Shown piece after piece: positions 47,367 through 60,017 of a stretch of 64,000 nt of DNA. This stretch comes from Polymyxa betae A26-41 (Eukaryota; Protista; Endomyxa: Phytomyxea), in assembly GCA_003693705.1 (NCBI GenBank), contig RBZT01000146.1:58635-122634 (forward strand), read 5' to 3'. The position numbers and the translations under genes are program-made. Below the pieces are notes generated by a model, which was given only the letters and a program-made list of their open reading frames with translations, was not told where the DNA came from and did no database searches. The first letter of the stretch is position 1, and every line of letters begins with the position of its first letter.

Positions 47367-50300
47367 ATGTCGGCGTCGGGGTCGCCGCCGCCCTTGGTCT
47401 CCATCTGCAAGGCTGGCCAGGCGCCCGCCCTCCTCAGTTTGCTAGCGCAGTGCCCCCGGCCGCCGCCCGCCTTAGTTGAGGTCGCCTTCCTGGCCGCCGT
47501 TGAGCACGGCCATGCCGCCGTCCTGGCGCCGTTGCTGGCGCTGCTGACCTCGCCGGTCCCCAGCATTCATCGCCGAGCCGACCCGGCCATTGTCGTGGCG
47601 GCTCGTCTCGGCCATGCCGATTGTGTCCAGTACCTGTTAGATCATGTCCCGGTCGATCAACCGACCAAGGATTCGCAGAGGACAGCGCTGATGGCGGCCG
47701 CCGAGCACGGCTATGTTGATATCTTAAAAAACCTGCTGAAGGCTAAAGCCGACGTCAACGCCAGAGACTCAGAAGGTTGCCGGCATAATTCCCCTAAAAT
47801 TGGTTTTCGGTTTCCCTCGTGACAACTTTCCCGCTGTCGAAACTTTTTTCATCTTTATAGAGTTTCTTCTCTTTTAGCAGGTTGATAATGTCATGTATTA
47901 ATCACCCACGCTGCTATTGTCGTAGTGTGATGATGATATTTTGAAGGGCTGTGCTGCTGCTCCCTGAATCTTCTTGGGCCGAATACTTTTTCCCCAAACA
48001 TTTTCTTCGATTTTCTGTAGATTTATCTCTGCATTTCAGCGGATTCTATTTCCGGCCGCATTTACACATTTCAATCATTTTTTCAATGATTTATTCGGAA
48101 ATTAAATCGCTTGTTAAATGGTGCTGTCACATTCTGCCTTTTAACCAGCATCTAACATTGAATATTTTGTTCCGTTTGATTGGTTGTATCCTATATTGAG
48201 AATCGTTTTTTTGTAGGATTCAGCGCCCTTCATATCGCTGCCTCCCATGGCGATTCCGCCATTGTTCATCTGCTGCTGGAGGCCGGGGCTTCCATCACAT
48301 CCCTCAACGAAGATGGCGAATCGGCTCTCGAACTTGCCGGCAACTGCGACGTACTGGACCCATTTTGTCGCCCCGCTCGTGGCAATCTAACCAATCTGTA
48401 TCTTTGCAGGTTGCCAAAACTATTCTCGAGGCCAGAATCGCATACCCAGAAGAACGCCCAGAATCCAGGTCCAGAACTTTTCGTCGCATTTCATTCTATC
48501 GAATTTTTCGTAGCTGAGAATTGCCTTTTTTTAGTTTTTCTAATTTTTATTCGCACGATTCTAGTGCGCTGTCGTTTACCAATTTTTGCAATCTTGAGGC
48601 TCAAAAACTTTCTTTCATTGAATGTTTGCTGCTGTGATTTTCTCCAAGCTTTCTGTTCTGAATTATCGCCTTGCTGACCATGTTCAATTACAGCTGTTCG
48701 GCATCGTCGTGTTATGCCGAACTTCGTTCGGGTCCTGGTGCAACCTTGTTCTGGTCGGCGGTTGGCGTCGGCCGTGACAATCTGATGTTCCAGCAGTTCG
48801 GCGTTTACCCATTCGACCGCCTCAACGATACTGAACGCATCCTCATTCTCACCGAAGTCTGCGAAGGTGCGCACCGATCCGGTGTTTTCCGCCCATTCAG
48901 GGGCCAGCATTCCTTCGACTTTCCCGCTTTTGCGAAATTTTTCTTGACTCCATCGTCTTGCCATGCTCTTTTCGCTTCTCCGCAATTGGTCGTACTGAAT
49001 CTCGCCTGTTGTAGTAATCGCCGGCTACCGCTCTACGGCCACGTATGATATCCTGCGCGATTCGGCGAGGTTCGCGGTATTCGCCATGATCAAATCGCGA
49101 ATCAAAAAGGAGATCGAAACGGCCGCGCATGCTGACCATCCCAACCCTAAACCGGAATGCGTCGAATCGCAGTTCGAATGGCGGCGCAAGGTGACGTTGG
49201 GCTTCTTGTTGATCGTCCGTGATGGCTGATCTGTCGCAGGTCACTGCCGCGTTCGAATCCATTTTCCAATGCACGGCGTCGGATGTTGGCTTGACCGTCG
49301 ATTGCGTCCGACGCGTTGTCTGGAACACGATCGTTAACATGATCGCCAAACAGACCGATCGTGATTCTGCTTTCTTCTGGGATAAGAGACGGTACTTCAT
49401 TGTCTTGGTTTCATTTTCTATTCTTCGATCACTTTCACTTCCCATCCCATGCATAATTGCTAGTCTTTTCATCTGATTGATTTGTTCTGCGATCTGCTAG
49501 CTGTGTGACTATACATCAAACTTGTCCTGTTTTATATTGAATTCTTCTGCATCATCTCCCAGTAATTTAATTTTGATACTTTTTCTGGAAGATCTTTCTT
49601 TTCGAGCCTTGTTTGTGACATTTTGTATCGCAGAGTGTTTTCTTGTTCGAACGGTCCTGAACGACCTCTACTGGTGGCACATTCCGGCTGGATTCCTCCA
49701 GATGGCTACTTCACTCCATCATTACCATCACCGCAACAGCTGACCCAGCAGCAGGTCCAAATCACCTTCAAAAAACTCATGACCATGTACGTCTACATCC
49801 TTTTTATTTCAAAAAATTCCATATCTATCAATTGCTGATCGATATTCATTTCCAAATCTATTTAATGTTACTGGCCTGGTTTTTTCTCGACGCTGACCCT
49901 GAGCAGGACGAAATCGTATCTGATGGAAGATGAGGGCGACGCCAGCGGCTGTTTCTGTCAGGAGTGCGTGGCGGAACGAGAAGTCCCTCTCAGCTTCAAG
50001 CTCCAGTTCTTGGACGAGAACGCTCAGAGTTTCCAGACGCTCTCGAAGCCCGGCGCCCGCAAACAGGTCTTGTTCAGCGATGGCCCTCCAGCATGGGGTC
50101 CGTCGGTTGCCCCTGCCGTTACTAAATCGCATTTGCAGCTATCAGCCAGGGGTCGTGCTGGGACCTTCTTCCAGCTTCGTGCGCTTGAAAACTGCTCCGA
50201 TCTCTTAGACAAATTTGTATGTTGGGTCGTCATGGCTCATTGTAAGGAGTACCGGCCCTTAACACGATTTGTGCGTAGGCCAAGCGGAATGCGAAGAAGT

Positions 50301-53060
50301 TGCACTCATCGTCGTCGGTCGCGCTTGAGCACCCGTCGATGACGTCGCCGACGTCAGCGGCCGGGCACGGGGGCCCCGGGTCGTGCTGCCCCGCGACGTC
50401 GACGCGGCTGTCGTGCCCGTCGTTGCGAGAACGCTGCGACGAACTTCTGCTGAACGGCGGCGTCGAGCTTCGGAAATTCTGGTGTAATCTCAGTACAGAA
50501 GAGAAATGGCTGCTGACAGAGATCTCGACACACGAACTCGCCGATCTCATCGCTGAGTCGAGGCATCATGTATCTCATCCGTCACGTTACCAATTGCTCA
50601 AATTTTGTTTTTATATTTCAATTCCAGTCACTCTTTGCAAGTTTGCTCAAGATTGACTTTGTTGATTATATTCTCGTTATTATTCTATCCTTGTTATTCT
50701 ATCCGTGTTGATCGTTTTCAGCTTCTTGGAATTTTCGGATTTGCTGACGCTCTTGTATCAGGACTGGGAGAGTCTGCGTGCAGCGTTGCATTCATATAGC
50801 CTGTACCAATGGGAAGAAGACTTGCTGGAGATCAGCGACGACGTCGTCACGATCAGCGACGACATGTCCGAATCCAAGGACCTCAACGATCTCATCCAGA
50901 TCATGCTACAGGCCGCTTTCCGCGTCCTCACCTGCCCCGACGTGCTGGCCCCGGCCGTGCTGCCTCCGACCACCACGTTGCCGTCGCATGCACGTGAATG
51001 CCTGACGGCACAGGGTCGCCCAGAGGAATGTCAACGCTGTTTGAGCGATGAGGAATGGGATCGTCGTGGTCGGCAGCAGCTCGAGAGCATTGTCCTTTGC
51101 GAATTCGCAAGAAAGGTGCTTCATTCTTGTCGCTCGATCTGATTTTGGCTTTTTTTTTCTACAATTTTTGAAATTTTTACCCATTTTGTCCGCTGTCATT
51201 TGTTTTTCGGGATTGATCTCAGGCTCCTGTTGTTGACATGCTTTTCTTACAGGTCTCCTGCTCTTACATGTACGCTTCGGAAGCAAGCCGGGCGCAACGA
51301 ATCGCTCTCGAACTGGAACTCGAATTGCTCCAGGAAGAGGAACAGCTAATGAAGCTGACCGAGAAGAAACACAAACGTCGCAAGGTCAGCAATTTTTATT
51401 ACGTTTGTCGTTTTCTTTCTGTTGCGACCTGTGCTGCCTTCTCACACTCAATAGGCGAAATCCCGTAAAAAGAAAGGAAAGTCAAACACCGCTCCTGAAC
51501 CTGAGCGTGATGCGTCGCCGCCACGAGCTCTGTCGCCGTCACCGCCACCCACGCCGGAGTCCGAATCGGAACCCGTTGAGGATGACCAAGTGCCGCCGCT
51601 TCCGATCCCGGTTACTCTGCCGCCACCGCCACCGCCGGCTACACCTTCCCCTTCTCCTTCGCCGGCACCTACTAGTGCTCCTCGGCCTGCACGACGTAAA
51701 TTCACCCCGGGGACGCCGGCTTCGGCCAGCACAACGCCGACAACGACGCCCGTCAAGCAGATCACCATTTTAGCTCCAAAACGCACTACATATGAGAACG
51801 GCATGATGTTCATCTGCACGGTTCGTGTTTATTGGCTTCAATCTTCCGTTTCAATGTTCTGCTTTGAGATAACTTTATTCGTTTAGTGTATTTGAAATTG
51901 CATTTCTTCACTTGATTTTTAGATTCTTTTTCCTGCCTGTTTGAACCTGTGACCATTTCTGATTGGATTTTATGATCTAGGACGACACTTATGGCGAATG
52001 TCAATCACTTGGCATTTTTGGACTGCCACGGCAGCACATGAACGCGGTCCTGGAATGTCGGCCAGGTCGATCTCGCTGCTATATTGCTGTCATCCATCGC
52101 GCTGATATTCTTGTTAGGCGGTTTCACGGCTCTGTTCCTGTTTAATATCAGCACGCGATTGCTGCATGGTCTATTCGAGCCAGCTGGACCCGGTCAGGAT
52201 ACCATTCACCCAACGGCCTGGTCTCGACCTCCTGGCCAGCAAACTCCATTTCCGGCCCAGGTGCGTCTTATTGTCGTTGATGTTCAGCTATTCTCTGTTC
52301 ATCATCATTAGCTTCAAACAAGTGGCCGGTTTTTGCTGCTATTAATTTAACATTTCTTTGTTTTGGTTCGTGTCTTTAAACGATTCCTTGCTAGGTGGCT
52401 TTCAAGACGGTAAATGAAGTCCAGAGGACGCCGCTACCCGAGCTTGTATTCCGTCACATCTTCCCTGACGGCAATCGGATTCGGAAACTATCTGGCTCTC
52501 AAGTCCAGTCCCTACTCCAGGTCTGGGACCAGTACGCCGACAAACCTGCCCATACGTTCGTCCCCGCACCAGTACCAGCATTGGCGCCAACCCCGCCGCG
52601 CAATCTGTCGAAACGGTCATCGGCGCCAAAATCGGCACCGCGTCCTGCCAAAGCGACGCCACCGCCTCCCAAACCGGCCGCTGTTTGTCTTGCGAAACCG
52701 GTTGAGCTGGCCCCGGTGTCACCTGTCGTCCCTGCTCCGCAGCAGTCGTACACGAGGCTTCCCCCTGCAATACCGATTCTGCCTTCATCGTCGATTTGGG
52801 CGCCGAACGCACCGTCATCAACCTCCTGGTCGCGATCTACCAGCACCCCGGCGGTCTCGCCGTCGTCCTCGTTCGCTCTGGCGTCTTACTGCCCTCCACC
52901 GGGGTTCGCGTATGGCGAGCCCAACCCGGACGCGCCATCAAGGATGGGATACCCGGTGCTCAATGGCGCTCAGACGTATACCAATCGGCTGAATCTGTTT
53001 GGCGATTGGAACGGAATCTGGTCATCGACCGCCACGACGAATGTGCCGTCGGCCTGGTAG
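47367..53060 (+). CDS. Ankyrin-repeat protein with possible NST1-like central region and Pro-rich C-terminus; unusually long introns
   Basis: ANK motifs TALMAAAEHGYVDILKNLL, ADVNARDSEGFSALHIAASHG; GC-rich exons separated by T-rich introns; coiled coil LELELELLQEEE..KKHKRRK. Confidence 0.75.
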
Positions 53061-53703
53061 AATGCCGCTCTGTGCTCGTTTGTTGTTGTTTTATCTCATT
53101 ATCTTTCGTTGTTGCTGTTGTCATGAACCGGCTACATAAACTAGCTGTGGCGATATCGAATATCAGCTCTCTACACTCCGTCGTTTTAGCTCTAATGTGC
53201 TGATATTTAGTTAGAATTTTTTAATTTCCGATTCGAGTAGTCCCATGTTGTCATATTGCTAACAGATTAGTTACCTAGCCAGCCAGTGGGTGTGCTCTAC
53301 AAGGTTTCGACAATCCCTATTTTCTCAAAAAAACATTGTCAGAACGAACTGCTGATGTTGCACCGATTGCAGTCGATCTAGCAGTTTGCAATCATTTCAC
53401 TTTTTCTAACCAGCAATTCGGAAGAAAATTTCAAAGATTGTTTGCAGAACAATGCTTGCTAAGTGATGTGCCAGTTAGGAAATTCTATCATCCATCATTT
53501 GCGATTCTTCTTGACTTCGTCCATTTATTTCGAAATCAGCTCTTAAATCAGAAACTTCATGGTAATGGATAAAATTAATGGACCACAGTCGATGAATGCC
53601 CGACCGAAATTTCGGAGTCTGACAGCTTCAAATTTTTTATGGAGCGAGACGGTTTGGCAGAAAGTCGCCAGGTCTTGAGGTCATCATTTCCTCATTTTAA
53701 ACG

Positions 53704-54183
53704 ATGTCCACAAGTACCGCTACAACCTCACCTACTAGCAACGCCACCGACATCAGCACAGCTGCAATGAAATACGTTAATCTGCCTGATAGATGGATGG
53801 CAATTACCGACCAAAGGCCAATGGACGACGCTGTTCGCATGTCCTGCAGAAAATGCCAGATAAAAAGGAGTCGTGGCGATATCTCGGGATGGTATTACCA
53901 ACAGAGCGGTCGGGATCCTGACAGCTTTCATGAAAGCGCGTTATGGTTTGAGATCGAGAATCGATGGCCGCAATATTGGTATCTATGTGGCGATTGCTAT
54001 GAGAAAAGGAATGAAATCTTGACCGAACAACAAGCTCAAGATGCTGTTAAGAAGCAGCGATCTGAATCACAGCTTACCCTATATATGCTGAAATGCAGAT
54101 TCTGGAAAAGTGGCAGCTTCAACGCTACGGCATATGACAATGACAGACGAAGTGCTGAAGAAAATCAAACAAACCGCTTTTGA
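53704..54183 (+). CDS. Intronless orphan with C4 zinc-binding motif
   Basis: 159-aa ORF with CRKC and WYLCGDCY. Confidence 0.6.
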   Translation: MSTSTATTSPTSNATDISTAAMKYVNLPDRWMAITDQRPMDDAVRMSCRKCQIKRSRGDISGWYYQQSGRDPDSFHESALWFEIENRWPQYWYLCGDCYEKRNEILTEQQAQDAVKKQRSESQLTLYMLKCRFWKSGSFNATAYDNDRRSAEENQTNRF

Positions 54184-54491
54184 AAAAATCTCATAAATGG
54201 ACATTTACTGTTTGAAATTAGCGTGAAATAGCCAAAGAAAAATCAATAAATCAGGGCCGCGTAAAACCATTCTGAAGCAGCTCCCGAAAGTTCCATATTT
54301 CTGAGCTAACCTACAGTGACAGCAAAATCGAACCCAGAAAAAGCCTAAAAATGCCAAGAAAATTTGCAAATTTTCTCGTGGAAGATATTAGTCATCGACC
54401 GGAATTTAGCACGGAGTCCGCCACGGATCTGCGCGGGGGAAGGCCAGCCGATCCAATCCAAAATCGTTGTCGTCGCCTGCCCGATACGATC

Positions 54492-55655
54492 ATGGTTCGC
54501 TTCCTGGAATATCTGGAGCCATGCCCGGAGCCCGTCCTGATCCGCTCCATTGCTGAATTCCAGTACAAACCTGCCGAGCAGGCCGGCCGTGCCTACTATG
54601 AACGCCTTCATGGCAAGCGCCAGACGACAACGCGACGAATCGTCTCGAAGAAGGCCGTCTCCAAGCCGAAGCTGAAAATGAACGTTGACCTAAAAGATTT
54701 CTACGGGCTGCTTCGGGTGCCGATTTCGGCCAGTACGGAAGAGATTCGTAAATCGTATCGAGAGGTGTCTCTTCTCTATCACCCTGATAAGAACCCTGAT
54801 GCCGAACACATCTATAAGGCGATCCAGGAAGCACACACGACCCTCACAGACCAGCGCCGTCGTCGCGTTCACGATTCAACGTTGCCGTTCGACGACTCGA
54901 TCCCGGCCGAGATGAACTCCATCTCGGAGGCTGCCTTCTACAAAACGTTCGGACCCGTCTTCGAACGCAACGCCTGGTTCTCAGAAATCCAGCCGGCACC
55001 ATTGTTGGGCGACAAGGATTCGTCGTTTGCCGATGTTGATGTCTTCTACGACTTCTGGTTCGGATTCAAATCTTGGAGGGATTTCTCAGCTGATTGCGAG
55101 CACAAACCTGAACTTGCTGAGAATCGTGAAGAACGGAGATGGATGGAGAAGGAGAACCAGAAGGTTACCAATGCTAAAGTCAAAGCTGAATCTGCTCGTG
55201 TCCGAAAGCTTGTTGACCGCGCGTTCAAACTCGACCCGCGTGTCAAGGCCCAGCGTGCTGTAGAGAAAGCTGAAAAATTAGCCAGGAAAAAGGAGAAGGC
55301 AGCTGCTCGCTATGGCGGCCCTTCGAGGAAAGAGGTAGAAGATGCTGAGAAGGCTCGCAAGGAAGAGGAAGCTCGTAAGGCGGCTGAAGCCCAGGCTGCT
55401 TTGCAAGCCGAGCGACAGAACGCCAAGAAGGCGGCCCAAGACGAGAAGCGATTAGGACGGACGCTGCGAAAGGGCATTCGGGAGACGATGCAGGAACGAT
55501 TCAACGAGATGTTCGAGCGGAACGGCTGGCAGATTGACGACCTGTTTTCGGGTCTGAGCATCACCGATCTGCAGGAATTCGCCACCAAGGTCAAGGGCGA
55601 AGAGACATCTGCTTTGGAGAACATCAACCAACATATCAATCGTGTATATAAATAA
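54492..55655 (+). CDS. ZUO1: Zuotin/DNAJC2 ribosome-associated J-protein, intronless, lacking SANT domains (in-frame upstream ATG at 54351)
   Basis: J-domain DFYGLL..YHPDK; FDDSIP; FGPVFERNAWFS; FYDFWFGFKSWRDFS; AENREERRWMEKEN; LVDRAFKLDPRV. Confidence 0.95.
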   Translation: MVRFLEYLEPCPEPVLIRSIAEFQYKPAEQAGRAYYERLHGKRQTTTRRIVSKKAVSKPKLKMNVDLKDFYGLLRVPISASTEEIRKSYREVSLLYHPDKNPDAEHIYKAIQEAHTTLTDQRRRRVHDSTLPFDDSIPAEMNSISEAAFYKTFGPVFERNAWFSEIQPAPLLGDKDSSFADVDVFYDFWFGFKSWRDFSADCEHKPELAENREERRWMEKENQKVTNAKVKAESARVRKLVDRAFKLDPRVKAQRAVEKAEKLARKKEKAAARYGGPSRKEVEDAEKARKEEEARKAAEAQAALQAERQNAKKAAQDEKRLGRTLRKGIRETMQERFNEMFERNGWQIDDLFSGLSITDLQEFATKVKGEETSALENINQHINRVYK

Positions 55656-55710
55656 ATGTGACTAATATGGCTGATAGCCTCCAACTGACAATGAAACTTT
55701 ACCTATAGAA

Positions 55711-55828
55711 AGGAGGCCACTCTCTCACATTTTCAAGTGCACTCCTTCTAAGTTTCACCAGATGATTCATTATAGGAGGCCGCTCTCTCACATGTCTCAA
55801 GTTCACTCCTTCTAGCAGAGGATTCATT
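55711..55828 (+). repeat. Imperfect tandem duplication of a ~55-60 nt unit
   Basis: AGGAGGCCACTCTCTCACATTTTCAAGTGCACTCCTTCTA..GATTCATT at 55711 and AGGAGGCCGCTCTCTCACATGTCTCAAGTTCACTCCTTCTA..GATTCATT at 55774. Confidence 0.9.
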
Positions 55829-57068
55829 GATTATACTCGATATAAAGGCATTTCTAACATATTAAAGGCTTGGGTAGTCGGGAGAAAACAGAGCCATGGA
55901 CGATAAAATAGAATCCAGACAGATATCGTATGTAGCTGTAAAGCACAAGCACGATTTCGACGGGTGCAGCCGGAGGGACTGTGAATACAGGTAGGGTGGT
56001 CTTTCCAACAAAGAAAACCTGTTTTCCTTTATAGAGCAGCAAGCGTTCGGCAGAGCAATGCGCGCTATTCGATGAATGCGAGACAGAACGCTCATGCAAT
56101 TTTTTCGATTTGAACAGCTGCCAGGCCTCTCGTTTCGAATTTTTAGCTCGTGAGCCACAGTAGAGGCGCAGGAGTCGCTATTTAACAACAACAGCAGGTC
56201 CAGGTCTCCATCTTAAACGGATTCTGCGAGATCTCGAACGAGATGCAATGCTGAATCTATGGACTGTCGAAATGAAGGTCGCTGCGTCGTCAAACAAATA
56301 ATGTCATTCTAGAATCTAGGGCAGGCAGTACGACACAAACGTATTCAACGTTCATAACGAGCTCGGTTACGAAAAGCGCTAAATGGGACAACCAACTCTG
56401 TGATCAATATCTGGAAAGAAAGTGAACTCCCTTCTAGCTCCAAGCAAGCGCAATCCTGAAGTTCAGTGTTCAACAAAATTCATAGCAGTCGCATCTAGAT
56501 CGAAGCTAACATGGAACAGCTTTCGTGATAATCTGGCAATAGCAAAACGCTGGTCAAATGAGTGGCAGCATCGCTATTTACAAATCTGCTGAGATTATTA
56601 TTGATTGAAAGAAGCCCAAATGTGATGTCCCTAGAAACATGTAAGCAGATCAATCTTTGATAGAATATAACTGTATCCTTTGGCATTAAATTCCCTAAGA
56701 TCGAAGAAGTATAGATGCAGGCTTGCTCAACTTGCTATTCGCTGAAGAAATCCGGGCATCATGTAATTCATTGTTGAACGAGTAAACAACATTAATATGA
56801 TGACCAGGCTGCATTGATATATCATGCCTGTGATACTGAGATGAGTTTACAGCAGTGCTGCAAATCATCAATTTCAAGTTCTGCGGTGTAACTCACAAAA
56901 GCGATCGAGGTCGATATCCCTCGAACTCCTCTCTATAGAAATGGTTCCTTTCTCAAGTTGCCTTCCAGAGTTCGATGAAGAGTGGCACTAGTACGACCCC
57001 GACCCCTGAAACATCGGTGACCCAGTTCAGGATCGATAAGTACAGGAGCCGGTGGCGGCTGACAAGCG

Positions 57069-60017
57069 ATGGCCGTGGAGGGAGCGGCGGCAGCGGCGGC
57101 GCCGGATCCTGGAAACGAGACGACGACGTCAGCGGCGGCGCCACCCGTGACCCGGCCTGCGGTCCTATGCCGGTCGTATACGACGCTTTTGTCGGCGACA
57201 GCAGCCGGAGCCCCAGCAGCGGCCCCAAATCCGGCCCCGGCACCCCCACCCCATATGAAAGCCACCACCTATCATCTGACTCGTTACTATCAGAAGTGTA
57301 TGGGACCACTGAACGCCTCCGATCCGACGAGATATCGGCGTTAACGTTACGCTCAGGTCAGGAACTGAAACCCGTGAAATGGGCTCGAAATCGATCGCCT
57401 CTGAAGACGAAACCCGCCGCTTCAGAGAAACCCGAACGCGATACCGTTGCCGCCGACAGCGAAACGTAATGTCGGCCTGCGCTGTAACGTGACCGGGATC
57501 CCGACCCTTGATATTAGGAAGGCCAGGTTCAATACTCCCATAAAAAAAACGGACCCGGAACGGTTACTGCTGCTCAAACGTCTCCGTCTCCGTATGTAAT
57601 ACAGGCCCGCGTGTCGATTGCGTTACATGGCGATAGGTCAGGAAGCCCGTCATGACCAGGCCCCGATCCTGTTCGATCTAGTGAAACGATCAGTGCGAGC
57701 CCTGGTTTTCACCAAGGCCGGCAACAGGTAACGTAACCCACCGATTCAACGTTCAGTTGCGTATCACAGCATCTGCTACATTTCTCTATCAGTTGTGATT
57801 CTGCAAATGACATGTTTCGAGCTCGCACGTTTCCGGTTTTGTGTTTTCGTTAGGGTTTAGGGTTTGAACCACTTGATATTATGTGTTGATAGTCTGCAAT
57901 ACAGTTTCCGGTCCATCATGGACGATGAAGACGTACGTCTGTACACAGAGTTGGTCCAGCGGGCCATGGGTCTCGGCTTGGACCAGGTCATACCGGCCCC
58001 GACCGGAACCCCGCTCCATAAACGCAGTCCGACAGGGGTCGCTCCTGCCACCACAAACGTAACGTCCTGTCCAAATCGATTCTGTTACCAGATGTCTTTT
58101 GAGTTCGCATACTGTTACCGCCACGTGGGCTGGACTACGTTACGTTTGTCGTTACTGGTTTATGTTACCATAAAATAGGACATCATCGAATTGTTGTTGG
58201 TTACAGCTGTTACGGCGACGCTATTTCATTTGGTACTGCTTTAAGTACGACCCGGAACTAATATCTGTACTGATAGAGCGGGTTACTCTCGGCTACTGTC
58301 ACATCGACAGATGCGGATAAGACTGTCGGACTGGATAGGGTTTCCAAGGTCCCTCTCATACTCAACGTGGATTCAACGCTCTTATCCGATGACCCGTTCT
58401 ATGACTTTCTATTACATCATCTGCCGAAATCAGCGAGACTTTATGTAAAACCCTAACCCTTACTCTAAACCCCAAAAATCTGAGCTTCGTTTTAGGCTAA
58501 AGGATCCAAGCCGGTATTCATGATTCGGCGTCCGCCACGGTCTTCCTCAACCTCTACTCAGGTAACGTCATCTACGCCAAGGCATCGCCGTCATCAAACC
58601 TCCTTGTCGAAACGACATGATGTCAAGCTGCCGAGTATCGATGTAACGCTTGGTAACGTTACCGGGCAAGCTCCACTGACCAGCTTCGTTACAGCTGCTT
58701 GAGACCGTCGATGAACGCGTGCAGAACGACGCACATCCGCAAACTCCACGCACCTCTACAGCCAACACCGATCATTCACGGCGTCAAGGCGAAGAGAGTT
58801 CTGAACAATCGGTAACATAATCCGTAATGTCGATGCCGCTAGTGACATTTACAGGTAACGTACTCTGACACGACCGCAGCCGCGCTGACCATCGTCTTCT
58901 CAGTTCCGCAAATCGTGCATGAAATTCGATCAGATGCGAATCAGACTTAGCCGACGCTTAGAGCAACGTGTGGCGGAGTTCGTGATTTGTCTGCCTGGTA
59001 ACGTGATCCCCTGGCTGACTACATACAGGTTCGAATCGGCCCGCTCTGCATCGAATCGGGCAAAGATTCAAGTCGCCGACCATCAGTTCTCGTTTCGTTC
59101 CTCGGTAATCTGCTGTCACTTTTCCTTGAAATTGTGGTTCTACGTTTCAGTTACAGCCGCCTTTCTGTGCCATCGTTCACATCTCCCCGCTAACGTTACA
59201 TCAGTTTAGGTTACGACATTTACGCTACTACACGTTTATGTCACTACAACTTCACGTTACTACAGGTCTATGTTTCTGATATGTTGTGCAGAGCCGTGAT
59301 ATGAGTGAGATGCGTCAACGTGCCGAGATGGATCAGTCCGCCCTGCGAGCTCTACGTCTGGAACATTTCCGTAAACTGGATCAGGTGATGCAGCAGGTCC
59401 GCGGGCATGATAATGGTAATGGACGCAGAGATCTCACTCCCAATGAATGCGCTATTCTACAGACTATTGCCGGGTATCTTATTCATAATGTTACCTGAAC
59501 GTGTTATGTATCTGACCGTATATAAAGTTACCTTCATTCGCCGTATGGCGGCGTACTAAACCATCACAGCGCGGCGCACTTTCTCGAAGCTGTGGATCAC
59601 GAAATTCTCAACGATCCCGCTGTACTCAAGATCTTGCTGGAATTCATTTCGAAGGTGGTATCGCTGTGACAGTTACGGACTTCGCCACTCATTCATGACG
59701 TTACAGGTCGGGATCAGTGAGAACGATTTCCGTGCGGCATTGGCCGCCTCACAACACGAATTTCCCGCCAGCCTATTCGATCTGGCAAACAGTATGTTCG
59801 GCAGTGGTCACGTTACCTGTCAGTTAACGGGACATTACGTTACACAGTTGTGAAGAACAACGCCGTGGCGACCATGATGGGCGGGCTGAGATCGGCGGGT
59901 CTAGCAGGACGTCTGCTTCGGAAACGTAAAGACCAGCGCCTGTCGTTTCGGCGTCACGACAGTACCGATCTGGATGCGGTTTCCCGTCCAATGCCGCGAA
60001 CCCATCATCAACGGTAA
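57069..60017 (+). CDS. Multi-exon orphan gene with GTAAC/GTTAC-rich introns
   Basis: Splicing by eye gives MAVEGAAAA..., DPERLLLLKRLRLRQEARHDQAPILFDLVKR, DDPFYDFLLHHLPK, NECAILQTIAG|YLHSPYGG, LLEFISK|VGISENDF, ...RLLRKRKDQR...HHQR*. Some middle exons are unresolved. Confidence 0.65.

Noticed and set aside
52402-53203. Multiple long overlapping ORFs on both strands
   Set aside because: Expected shadows of a GC-rich, Pro-rich exon. The same applies around 27.7-28.3, 34.2-34.6 and 50-51.8 kb.
55854-56099. P-loop NTPase suggested by VGKTT
   Set aside because: Lacks the GxxxxGK spacing (FFVGKTT) and a Walker B. The region looks like decayed sequence with many stops.
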